Source of the DNA: a virus
Taxonomy: Duplodnaviria > Caudoviricetes
Length of the DNA stretch: 24,558 nt
Reading direction: 5' to 3' (one strand)
Virus record (IMG/VR): IMGVR_UViG_3300044820_000185
Location: 1 to 24,558 of that record
A program made the translations under genes and the position numbers. The notes beneath the pieces are model-generated. The model saw only the letters and a program-made list of their open reading frames with translations. It was not told where the DNA came from and ran no database searches. This document shows, piece by piece, positions 15,192 through 23,772 of the stretch (position 1 is its first letter; each line of letters starts with the position of its first letter).

Positions 15192-17128
15192 ACGGCTACC
15201 TGGCCGATTGCATCGAGCCTGCCTACTCACCGCCGTTTCGCGGTCAGATCTATGATTACGCCCGCAAGCTGGATCTGCAGTCCGGCTATGCGGTCAAAGG
15301 TCCATTCTGCATCGAGACGCTTCGCCAATTGGTGGGGCCGCTCGAGGCGATCCGCAATCCCTACACGCGCCTGATCTCCATCCGCGCGGCCGTCCAGACC
15401 TGCAAGAGCCTGGTCGCCGACATCTGCGTGCCCTATTGGATCGAACACGATCCTGGCGATGTGCTCTGGCTTCTCGAGGATGATGCCAAGGCGAAGATCT
15501 ATGCGGAGCGCTGTCTCAACCTGGTGCGCTCCGTTCCGGAGATCGCCGGCCTCCTCGATGATGTCGATCGCCACGACAAGACCAAGACCGCGCTCAGGTT
15601 CCGACACATGAAGGTGGTGATGGCGGGACTCAATCCGGGCAATGTTCAATCGCTCTCCTGGCGCTACGTGATCGTCGATGAGACCTGGCTGCATGCCTGG
15701 GACGGGCTCATCCGCCAGGCGATGGACCGCACCAAGCAATTCCGCGACACCTGCAAGATCCTCCTGCTAGGGCAGGGGGGCTGGGAGAATGACGATCATG
15801 ATCGTGAGCACAAAGGCTGCCTCGATCTCGATTTGCATTACGCCTGTCCGGAGTGCGGGCGGTACCAGACCTTCGAACTCAGCCGGCAGCGGCCGGATGA
15901 TTTTCCGATCGAGAAAATGCGCGGGACCTATGGCGGCCTATCCTGGGTGACGGACGACGCGACGAGGCCGAACGGCAAATGGAACTATGAGGCCGTGGCA
16001 AAGACCGCGCACCATCGCTGCTATTATTGCGATGCGCGCATCGAGGACACCCCGGAGGTCCGCCGCCGGCTCAACGATTCCTACCTGCACCTGCCGATCG
16101 GCTGCGACCCGGTCAAGCCCGCGGCGCCGACGCCGGCGCGCGCCATGGCTTTTCATTGGCCGGCGGAAGCATCGATGCGGATTCCGTTCGGCGACCTGGT
16201 CATAAAGTACCTCCGGGCAAAAGTCTCCGCGGAAGAGCAGGGCTATCGGCTGCCCCTGCAGGAGTATTACCAGAAGGACCGCGGCCTGGCCTGGAACGAT
16301 CTCCTCGAGGGCGAGTTCCGCGTGCTCACCCGGGAGGAGTACGATGTGAAGGCGGATTGGAGCGAGGAGGCCTTCCGCGTGCTCATGGTGGACTGCCAGC
16401 GCGATCTCAAAAAGTTCTACGCCACGGCCTTTGCGCTGTCCCGGTCGGGCGAGTCACGCGAGCTCGAGCGATCGGAGCCGGCCAGCTTCGCGGAGATCGA
16501 GGCGATGCAAAAGCGCTGGAACATTCCGCACCAGCGCGTCTTCCTGGACTGCGGCTATCGCATGACGGAGGTCCTGCGCGCCTGCGTGCAGCATGGGCAC
16601 CAGGGCACGCTGAAGGTCGGGGCCGGCATGCGCAAGATTTGGCTCTGCTGGACAGGCCTGAAAGGATCAGGCCAGGAACTGTTCCGCCACGAAAACCCCA
16701 AGACCGGTACCGTGGAACACCGCATCTATTCGGCTCGCAAGTTTTACGATGTGAGCGTGGGCACGTCCCTGCGGCTGCCGCGGGCGCCATGGTATGAATG
16801 GAGCAACCTCCATTGCAAAGACCTCCTGCGCGCCAGGCGCGACCAGGACCCGGGCGTGCCCAAGTTTCTCACGCTGCCGGATACTCTGCCTTCAACCGAC
16901 CAGAATTCCTATTTCGCGCAGATGCGCAGCGAAAAGCGCGCTGAGCTTTACCGCGGAGGCCGCAAGATCAACATCTGGCTCCCGGTCGCCGAAACGCGGC
17001 CAAACCATCGGTGGGACATCGGCGCGATGCTGATGGCGGTCGAGGCCATCATGGGCATTATTGGCAGCGACCAGGTCGAAACCCAGGGCGAGGCCTCCGA
17101 GAAGGCAATGACGCCGGAAGCCGGCTAG
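15173..17128 (+). CDS. terL: Terminase large subunit (lambda GpA family)
   Basis: Walker A region AAVQTCKS, Walker B YVIVDE, Zn-motif CPEC..CYYC, and nuclease acidic motifs VLMVDCQ, VFLDCGY and NHRWD. Confidence 0.92.
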   Translation: MDRAKLNGYLADCIEPAYSPPFRGQIYDYARKLDLQSGYAVKGPFCIETLRQLVGPLEAIRNPYTRLISIRAAVQTCKSLVADICVPYWIEHDPGDVLWLLEDDAKAKIYAERCLNLVRSVPEIAGLLDDVDRHDKTKTALRFRHMKVVMAGLNPGNVQSLSWRYVIVDETWLHAWDGLIRQAMDRTKQFRDTCKILLLGQGGWENDDHDREHKGCLDLDLHYACPECGRYQTFELSRQRPDDFPIEKMRGTYGGLSWVTDDATRPNGKWNYEAVAKTAHHRCYYCDARIEDTPEVRRRLNDSYLHLPIGCDPVKPAAPTPARAMAFHWPAEASMRIPFGDLVIKYLRAKVSAEEQGYRLPLQEYYQKDRGLAWNDLLEGEFRVLTREEYDVKADWSEEAFRVLMVDCQRDLKKFYATAFALSRSGESRELERSEPASFAEIEAMQKRWNIPHQRVFLDCGYRMTEVLRACVQHGHQGTLKVGAGMRKIWLCWTGLKGSGQELFRHENPKTGTVEHRIYSARKFYDVSVGTSLRLPRAPWYEWSNLHCKDLLRARRDQDPGVPKFLTLPDTLPSTDQNSYFAQMRSEKRAELYRGGRKINIWLPVAETRPNHRWDIGAMLMAVEAIMGIIGSDQVETQGEASEKAMTPEAG

Positions 17129-17952
17129 ACGCCGGTGAGAAGAGAAACGACTTCGTCTTTGCCGGCCACTACCTTGTCCGCAAATCCGGCCGCTTCCGCG
17201 CGGACTCCGAGGAACGCCTGGCCTTGCATATCGGCAGGCACCACGTCCGACCGGTTTGCCAGGACGTGCTCATAAAACATCTCGGCCATTTCCTTGATCT
17301 CATCGGTGAGCATCTGCCGGTGATCTTTGGTGAGCGACGTACCCGGGTAGCCTGCGCCCTTGTATTTGCCGCTGGTGAAGAGATCGACCTTATAGCCGGC
17401 GTCCTCATAGGCCTTGCTCTGGTCGAGGTACGCGCAATAGACGCCCACGTTGCCGATCGTGGCGGTCTTGGTGCAGAAAATCATGTCGCAGGAGGCGCCG
17501 ATCCAATAGGCCGCGCTGCACATCAGGCCAGCCGAATAGGCGTAAATCGGCTTCTCGACGCGGGCGATCTGGTCGCTCAACTCCGGCAGGCCGGAGAACA
17601 TGCCGCCAGGGGAATCGATATCGAGAAGGATCCCGGCGACCGAATCGTCACCATCGGCCTGGCCAACCTCATCGGCGATATCTCCATAGTCGTCGGCGCC
17701 GGCGCCCTTCTCGAATTTGCCGAGGCCTCGGCCGAGCGGGCCGCCAATCGGGATATGCGCGACCCCATCAATGATCTCCATCTGCGGCAGCTCAACGGCC
17801 TCGCCGCAAAAATCCACGCCCTCGCGCGTGGCCTGAAACTCAGCGGGGCTGAGCCGGGCATGGTCCGTGAACAGTTTGAAGATCGAGGCATGGGACTCCG
17901 GCGTAATCAGCAGTGGTCCGGAGAGCGCGGCGAGAATCTGGTGATACTTCAT
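17125..17952 (-). CDS. S49-family head maturation protease (lambda gpC-like)
   Basis: LLDIDSPGG, MCSAAYWIG (catalytic Ser), IGNVGVY and SGKYK motifs. Confidence 0.92.
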   Translation of the reverse strand: MKYHQILAALSGPLLITPESHASIFKLFTDHARLSPAEFQATREGVDFCGEAVELPQMEIIDGVAHIPIGGPLGRGLGKFEKGAGADDYGDIADEVGQADGDDSVAGILLDIDSPGGMFSGLPELSDQIARVEKPIYAYSAGLMCSAAYWIGASCDMIFCTKTATIGNVGVYCAYLDQSKAYEDAGYKVDLFTSGKYKGAGYPGTSLTKDHRQMLTDEIKEMAEMFYEHVLANRSDVVPADMQGQAFLGVRAEAAGFADKVVAGKDEVVSLLTGV

Positions 17953-17984
17953 AGGGGGGTATCCAAATGGATAGTAGTGGGGAC

Positions 17985-19583
17985 TCAGTCTTCTTTTTCT
18001 TCGCCGGCGGGTTGGGGGCGGCCGGCCGGCGCCATGGGCAGGGGATTGGGACTGCGTTGCTCGAGCAGCTCCATGGCCTTTTCGAACGGTACCTCCGGAC
18101 TCTCCTGGTTGATCTGCTTGGCCATGGCGACCAGGTCGCGGATTTCCTGCATGCGCTGCGCCTCGATTTCCTGGCGGTGGTAGCCCTTCTTTTGGGCGAT
18201 GATCGATTTGCTGGTGGTGCCCAGCTTGAGGTTCTCGCGGTCCGCCTGCTCTTCGTTGCCGGCGTCGACCGAGAGTTGCTTGGGCAGGCCCGGCTCCCAG
18301 AGGTAGGGGTCCATCCCATCCTCATTGCGGGGCAGCAGCCCCTCTTTCATTGCCTTGGCGATGGCGTAGCTGATGGCGCGTTTCCATCGCCGGTAACCGG
18401 TCGCCTGGCGGGCCCAGATATGCTGATTGCCGACGTCGCACGCCAGGCGCGTCGGGGCCCTGCCGGTTTTGCCCACATCGAGCAGCTCATAAAGCCAGCC
18501 GACGCTGCAGATCGCCTCGTGGATGATCCGAGCAATGAACGCCTCGCTGTTCGGATGAGGATTCGCGTAATTCACGGCATCGATGTCCTCGCCCTGGCCT
18601 GCGCGCAGGTACCACATCTCGCCGCCTTCGATTTCCTCATAGGCCACCTGGGCGTTGCTGCCGGCCGGCGCATTGGGGTCCGCCTCCTGGGTAATGACCT
18701 CATTGCCCATGCCGGCCTCTCCATCCACGGTTTTAACCTTCAGGCCGATCGAGGCCGCGCGCTTCATGCCGCGCTGGATGAATTCATCGATGTCCTGGAC
18801 GTTCATCCAGCGGAGGAGGCTGACCGCGATCCGGGGGATTCCCCGGCCTTGATCATGCCAATCCGGTTCGTAGGCGATCTCGCAGTTATAGCTGCTGACG
18901 TCCTGGATGTTCCCGTCCTCGGTGGAGAGGCGCAGCGCAATCATCCGATTGTTCCGGTTGTAGATCACGCCGTCGAAGATCTTGGCGCCATCGTATGGGC
19001 CGCCATTCACCGTGCCCATGGTGCTTCCGCCGGGCTTGGTCACTGCGGGACCGCGGGCCCCAGTCGCCTGCATGCCGATGCGCGTGGAGGGCAGGAAAGC
19101 GAGCTGGGGAAACCCCTTTTCGCTCTGGGTGAGCAGCATGGCATCGTCGCCGTCGACGTCCCACATCTGGCCGGAAATCCGGAGGCTGGCCTTGAGGTCA
19201 TACTGGGGGCCTCGGACATTGGCCATCGGGTAAAACTGATATTTGAGGAATTCCTGGGCGCGCTGGCCCCAGGCCTTGTTCCGGCCCATGTAATGAGCGT
19301 CCCAGGCATCGCCAAATGCCCAGGAGTTTTTCTGGCCAACCGCGCTGAACAGATAGCCGATCTGCGCATAGAGCTGCCGGCTGTAGTTCACCAACTCCCA
19401 CCGGTCGTACTCCGAGACGTTGGTCTTGGTGTCCGCCCCGAGCCAATAACGCGGCTTGTAGGAGCGCAGGTTCCACCGGGGCGAGGGATACAGGAAATAA
19501 CCCTGGGGCTGACCGTCACGGCCGAGGATGCTGGACGTGCGCCGAACGCCTTTCTGGCCGGGGATGGGGTCGAGGGAGATCAT
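17985..19583 (-). CDS. Portal protein (lambda gpB family)
   Basis: 532 aa with DVDGD and DQGRGIPRI motifs. It sits between a gpW-like gene and the S49 protease. Confidence 0.85.
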   Translation of the reverse strand: MISLDPIPGQKGVRRTSSILGRDGQPQGYFLYPSPRWNLRSYKPRYWLGADTKTNVSEYDRWELVNYSRQLYAQIGYLFSAVGQKNSWAFGDAWDAHYMGRNKAWGQRAQEFLKYQFYPMANVRGPQYDLKASLRISGQMWDVDGDDAMLLTQSEKGFPQLAFLPSTRIGMQATGARGPAVTKPGGSTMGTVNGGPYDGAKIFDGVIYNRNNRMIALRLSTEDGNIQDVSSYNCEIAYEPDWHDQGRGIPRIAVSLLRWMNVQDIDEFIQRGMKRAASIGLKVKTVDGEAGMGNEVITQEADPNAPAGSNAQVAYEEIEGGEMWYLRAGQGEDIDAVNYANPHPNSEAFIARIIHEAICSVGWLYELLDVGKTGRAPTRLACDVGNQHIWARQATGYRRWKRAISYAIAKAMKEGLLPRNEDGMDPYLWEPGLPKQLSVDAGNEEQADRENLKLGTTSKSIIAQKKGYHRQEIEAQRMQEIRDLVAMAKQINQESPEVPFEKAMELLEQRSPNPLPMAPAGRPQPAGEEKED

Positions 19584-19616
19584 AGGTGGAGTTCAAATCC
19601 GCCGCTGAGGCGGATA

Positions 19617-19889
19617 TCACGAAAAGGTGTAGCGGGCCCGCGTGCGGCGGATTCGCTCCAGGCACGGGTTCGCGTAGGGCGAGTCCGTTTTCGCGCTCCG
19701 CAGGAAAAGGCTGTAGCGAAGATTGAAGATCTCATCTTCGACACCGCGCATCGAGGCGAACTCGCGCCGGGTTCGCACTCCGGCGGCCATGGCCTCGATC
19801 ACGTTACCGCGGGCTTTGCGTTGCTGAGCGGCGGCCAGAAGCACCTCGAGCTGCTGGACGGTCTGGTTGACGTAATAGTCGACTGGCAT
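19617..19889 (-). CDS. gpW-like head completion/adaptor protein
   Basis: 90 aa with a helix / beta-hairpin (IEAMAAGVRTRREF) / helix layout, immediately upstream of the portal. Confidence 0.6.
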   Translation of the reverse strand: MPVDYYVNQTVQQLEVLLAAAQQRKARGNVIEAMAAGVRTRREFASMRGVEDEIFNLRYSLFLRSAKTDSPYANPCLERIRRTRARYTFS

Positions 19890-19934
19890 CTCTACAATGG
19901 CCCGGTGTCCGCGTTGACTGGCGCCGCCCCTTGT

Positions 19935-20369
19935 ATGCAGCTATCAGAGTTCATCAAGACCATGCTCGGCTTCAAGACTGCTGCCGAAGCGCATTTCAAG
20001 GCCGCCGCTGAGCTCGAGGGACTGCGAGCGACCATCGCCAAATTCACCACCGATCTCGAAACCACGAAGGCGGCCGAACTTGCCCTGCAGGGGCAATTGG
20101 ACATTGCCACCAAGCGAGTAAACGAGCTCGATGGCCAGGTCAAGAGCCTCACCGAGCAGCTCTCGGCCGCCAATGGCAAGGCCAACGCGGTCATCGCGAG
20201 CCAGGGCCTCCCGGCCGACCAGGTCCCCGCCGCGGCCGTCACGAGCCCCACCGCGAGCGGCGAGACTCCGTTCCGAAAATACCAACGGCTGCTGGGCGAG
20301 AACCCCAAAACCGCCGGAGAATATTGGGCCGGGCATGCCGAGGAAATCCTGAATTCCCGCAACGGTTAA
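19935..20369 (+). CDS. Capsid scaffolding protein (coiled coil)
   Basis: 144-aa Ala/Leu/Glu/Lys-rich heptad region, Pro/Ala linker and a short C-terminal helical domain, directly before the capsid gene. It is the 3' part of the 800-aa track ORF. Confidence 0.75.
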   Translation: MQLSEFIKTMLGFKTAAEAHFKAAAELEGLRATIAKFTTDLETTKAAELALQGQLDIATKRVNELDGQVKSLTEQLSAANGKANAVIASQGLPADQVPAAAVTSPTASGETPFRKYQRLLGENPKTAGEYWAGHAEEILNSRNG

Positions 20370-20446
20370 GAAACACCAGGCGAATCCCAGACCAGTTAAG
20401 CGACCTCCGATTAACCAAACCCGACCTTCACCCACTTTTTTGAACC

Positions 20447-21538
20447 ATGAATAGACAGCACAAACTCATCCTGGCGCTCGCGTTCGGCCTCTCCTTTGCA
20501 TTGGCCGGAATGGGGCATTGGATTCTCGGCCTGGTATTCCTGCTCTCAGTTGAGACCGCCCTTGCGGCCCCGCAGGCCCGGTGCTGCGTGAACACTCTCG
20601 GCACGCTGGCCACCGCGACCATTGTCCAGGAGGCGCTCTCGTTGGTGTTCACCAAACGCCCGCTGCTGAACCGGATCTCGCTGGGTTTTACCGACCGGAA
20701 CGGTTCGCCCATCGCGCAGTATAATCAGTCCGTCATCACGCGCACCCTGGCGATCCCGACCGTGGGCAACCTGAATGATGCCGCAGTGGCCCGCGCCGAC
20801 GTGGATGTCAGCGTGACGCTCAACAATTTCAAGCAGCTCCGCTACGATTTTACGTCCGCTGAATATTCCGGCACGAACCGCGACCTCATCCGCGAGGCTG
20901 CCGAGCCCATGGCGACCGCCATGGCCAACTACATGGTTGACGCCGTGGCGGCCCTTTGGACCACGACGAACTTCCCGACCCGCACCGGAGCCGATGCCGT
21001 TGCCAACAGCGCCACCAACACCCTCACAAAGCAAGGCGCCGGCTGGGATTACACGTTTCTGCTGCAGCAACGCGCCATTTTGAACAAGGCGGGCGTGCCC
21101 CAGTTCAAGCGCTGGTTTGCCGGCAACTGTGATGTTTACGCGAGCATGCTGAACGATCAACGCATCGTGGCCGCTCTATATAACGGTCAGAATGGCGACG
21201 CCATCAGCCGAGGCCAGATGCCCGAGGTCGCCGGATTCGGCATCGACGAATATCCCAGCATCCCCGCCAACAGCATCAATCTCATCGGCGCTTGCGGCAC
21301 CCCGGACTCGGTGGTCTATGCGCAGCGCGTGCCGAGCGATCCCCGCAGCGTTCCCGGAATGGAGGGCGTCCCGTTGCCCGGCCGCATTGGCATTGTGACC
21401 GAGCCCAGGACCGGGTTGTCCGTCATGGTGGTCGAGTACATCGCCATGCCGAGCCTGGCCATCACCTGCATGTTGCTCTGGATGTATGGCGTCGCCAAGG
21501 GCAACACTAACAACCTCCAGCTCATCGCCAGCCAATAG
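20447..21538 (+). CDS. Major capsid protein (HK97-fold expected) with a hydrophobic N-terminal extension
   Basis: NTLGTL..IVQEAL N-terminus, then LNKAGVPQFKRW, GQMPEVAGFGIDEY, EPRTGLSVMV and MYGVAKG. Size and position fit an MCP. Confidence 0.85.
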   Translation: MNRQHKLILALAFGLSFALAGMGHWILGLVFLLSVETALAAPQARCCVNTLGTLATATIVQEALSLVFTKRPLLNRISLGFTDRNGSPIAQYNQSVITRTLAIPTVGNLNDAAVARADVDVSVTLNNFKQLRYDFTSAEYSGTNRDLIREAAEPMATAMANYMVDAVAALWTTTNFPTRTGADAVANSATNTLTKQGAGWDYTFLLQQRAILNKAGVPQFKRWFAGNCDVYASMLNDQRIVAALYNGQNGDAISRGQMPEVAGFGIDEYPSIPANSINLIGACGTPDSVVYAQRVPSDPRSVPGMEGVPLPGRIGIVTEPRTGLSVMVVEYIAMPSLAITCMLLWMYGVAKGNTNNLQLIASQ

Positions 21539-21585
21539 TCCGCAGCGGCCGATAGCCTGATCCAATAACCACCACCGCCAAACCT

Positions 21586-22011
21586 GTGAATCACAACCGT
21601 TTCATCGTGGTCGCTGACTGGCCGGACGGCCATAGCGAGGTCCTCTACAACGGACCCGACGTGACGCAATCGGCCAAAGCGATGCAGACGGTGATCAGCG
21701 TTGGCGAAGCTGAAGTGGTGTTGGAATTTTCGCACCCGGTGGCCAACCGCACCCGTTATCCCCTCCATGAACGGCTCATGATCGAGGCCCAGACCAAAGC
21801 GTCCGAAAACCGCGCCGAAGCCGAGCAGAACGCTGCCAAAATTAAGGCCCAGATCAAACGCGAGCAGGCCGCCAAGCTGCTCGCCGAAGCGGATCTGTTG
21901 CATCCCGCGGAGGCGATTGCGGCCATTCCGGCCGAGACCGAAAGCGAGCAGGCTGAGACAGCCGAAGACTCGGCCAAGGCCAAAGGCAAAGGCAAAGGCA
22001 AAGGCAAGTAA
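21586..22011 (+). CDS. Hypothetical head-region protein with an Ala/Glu-rich helix and a KG-repeat tail
   Basis: 141 aa. Four AAAGGC repeats encode the terminal KGKGKGKGK. Confidence 0.7.
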   Translation: MNHNRFIVVADWPDGHSEVLYNGPDVTQSAKAMQTVISVGEAEVVLEFSHPVANRTRYPLHERLMIEAQTKASENRAEAEQNAAKIKAQIKREQAAKLLAEADLLHPAEAIAAIPAETESEQAETAEDSAKAKGKGKGKGK

Positions 22012-22052
22012 CGACGGCACCAAAGATCACCATTTTTCAAACTGTACCAACT

Positions 22053-22586
22053 ATGAGAAATCTCATTTCCAAGCTCAACTCGGACGCGAAAAAGGTCCTG
22101 GGCTACGCCCTGGGCGCCGCCGTCGTGATCGGCCTCGCCGCGCTCATCACCATGAGCACGCAGCCCGCCCATGCCCAATTTTACGGAGGCTCCGTTGGCG
22201 GCCAGACCATCTCCTCTCTGCCGAACACAAACATCATCGGCAACACGAATTGGATCACCGGGAGCAACATCACAACGGTTCCTCTCTATAACATGCGCCA
22301 GGTTGTCCTGACTCTGCAGGCCCAGGCGCTCACCAACCAGTACGGCAGCAATGTCGCTGTGGCCTGGACCCGCTCCAGAGACGGCATCAACTGGGAAACC
22401 ACGCCGTTCACGGTTTTGATCGCCAGCGTCGCCACCAACAACGGCATATTCACGAATTACGGGCCCGTGCTCGTGACCACCAACATCGACATGGGCGCCT
22501 ATCCTTACATCGCCCCCATGTGGTTCACCAATGCCAGTTACATGACGAATTGCCAGATCGGCTATTCGCTCAAGCCCGGCTATTGA
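22053..22586 (+). CDS. Signal-peptide-bearing beta-rich protein in the head cluster
   Basis: KK, a hydrophobic helix and a PAHA|Q signal peptidase I motif. The mature part is Thr/Asn-rich and has an Asp-box-like SRDGINW. Confidence 0.8.
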   Translation: MRNLISKLNSDAKKVLGYALGAAVVIGLAALITMSTQPAHAQFYGGSVGGQTISSLPNTNIIGNTNWITGSNITTVPLYNMRQVVLTLQAQALTNQYGSNVAVAWTRSRDGINWETTPFTVLIASVATNNGIFTNYGPVLVTTNIDMGAYPYIAPMWFTNASYMTNCQIGYSLKPGY

Positions 22587-22613
22587 CGATTTGCCTCGAG
22601 GCCCCAATGCGAC

Positions 22614-22643
22614 ATCCCCCAGCCGGCCGGCTGGGGGATTTTT
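22614..22643 (+). terminator. Intrinsic terminator after the capsid operon
   Basis: 26-bp perfect palindrome ATCCCCCAGCCGG/CCGGCTGGGGGAT followed by a T run. Confidence 0.8.
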
Positions 22644-22665
22644 GTTGAAGCCGACATGACCTGAT

Positions 22666-23007
22666 ATGAACAGCCCCTTTCAGGACGGAATCCTGGCCGC
22701 CATCTATGACCTCGAGCTCGATACCCAGGGCACCGTCACCTGGGCCGGCCAGACCTATCCCTGCGCCGGCGGCGTGGAATTCTCCAAGCAGCTCCTGACC
22801 GAGGGCGGGTTCAAACTCTCGGCCGACGTGCAAATCATGGTCCGCGCCAGCCTGTTCGCCGGCGGAGCTCAGCCGGCCGACAAGCAGACCATTATTTATG
22901 TCAGCGGACCCGGCTCGCCGCCTAATCGGCTTAAGATCGACTGCGTGGACCAGTTCTACGGCGTCGCACTCCTGCTCAACTGCAACCACGTCGCCCAGGG
23001 CGCTTGA
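22666..23007 (+). CDS. Probable head-tail joining (head closure) protein
   Basis: 113-aa beta-rich protein in the gpFII-equivalent position. Confidence 0.6.
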   Translation: MNSPFQDGILAAIYDLELDTQGTVTWAGQTYPCAGGVEFSKQLLTEGGFKLSADVQIMVRASLFAGGAQPADKQTIIYVSGPGSPPNRLKIDCVDQFYGVALLLNCNHVAQGA

Positions 23008-23017
23008 CCGCTTGAGC

Positions 23018-23031
23018 GGAACAATTGTTCC
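23018..23031. repeat. Palindrome GGAACAATTGTTCC, copy 4 (intergenic, 6 nt before ATG 23038)
   Basis: Exact copy in a 30-bp intergenic gap. Confidence 0.95.
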
Positions 23032-23037
23032 TATTTT

Positions 23038-23745
23038 ATGGCCGATGAGATTCTTGAGCTCAACGTCGCGAAGCTGAGCGAGGCAGTCGCCCTTTACCTG
23101 CAGGTGACCTCGCGCACGGTCCAGCAGGTGGTCAATACCAAGGCCTATTACATCGCCCGCAAGGCCATCTGGTTCACCGAGAAGGCCGACAGCTACAAGA
23201 TGAAGCTAAGCCTGGGCGGCCTGGTCCCGGTGCGGTACATCGCCAAGTCCGGAAAGGTCCAACGCCGCAGCAAGCTGCAATTGGTGTCCGGCAGCGAGCA
23301 CAGCGCCCCGCTGGCGGCGCTCATCATCAATAAGCGCCAGGGCCGGCGCGGCGAGAAGGGCCTCTACGGCCGGGACATGGCCCGCGCTGTCCGCTCGATG
23401 CTCTCCGCCCGCGCCAGGTCCATCGGCTTCATCAAGTCCGGCTGGCTGCCCTCCGTCAACAACTTGGCCCCCCTGGCGGACCGCAGGGGCGCTCCGGAGA
23501 TCGACCGCACCGCCAAGCAGGTCGGGCGCGCCAAGGGCGACTGCCGGCCGGCCGCGGCGGGATTCGACGTCACGGCCGAGATCGTGAACCTGGCCAGTGC
23601 CAGGCGCGACCTCAACGGTGCTCTCCTTCGGGTGGGCGGCGAGGGCCTCAGAATCGCCGTGGCCGACGAAACCGCGGATACCGCCGATTATATCCACCGC
23701 AAGCTCACCGAAGCCACACAGGGCATCCTGGACGGCAAGGATTGA
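23038..23745 (+). CDS. Probable neck/tail-completion protein (basic)
   Basis: 235-aa Arg/Lys-rich protein between the head-closure and tail-terminator positions. Confidence 0.6.
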   Translation: MADEILELNVAKLSEAVALYLQVTSRTVQQVVNTKAYYIARKAIWFTEKADSYKMKLSLGGLVPVRYIAKSGKVQRRSKLQLVSGSEHSAPLAALIINKRQGRRGEKGLYGRDMARAVRSMLSARARSIGFIKSGWLPSVNNLAPLADRRGAPEIDRTAKQVGRAKGDCRPAAAGFDVTAEIVNLASARRDLNGALLRVGGEGLRIAVADETADTADYIHRKLTEATQGILDGKD

Positions 23746-23772
23746 GCCCCGCGTTGCCAGCCGCCCCCTTGC

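Noticed and set aside
18948-18955. ATTGTTCC in the portal gene as a fifth palindrome copy giving ~5-kb periodicity
   Set aside because: Only a half-site matches, which is expected by chance, so regular spacing is not claimed.
17967-19934. The + strand 800-aa ORF (17967..20369) as one giant protein
   Set aside because: The first ~656 codons are the antisense shadow of the portal and W-like genes in GC-rich DNA. Only the part from ATG 19935 looks like a real (scaffold) protein.
17100-19934. Invertase-controlled flip of the head cassette
   Set aside because: No inverted repeats are visible at the boundaries and no dedicated invertase gene is in the window.
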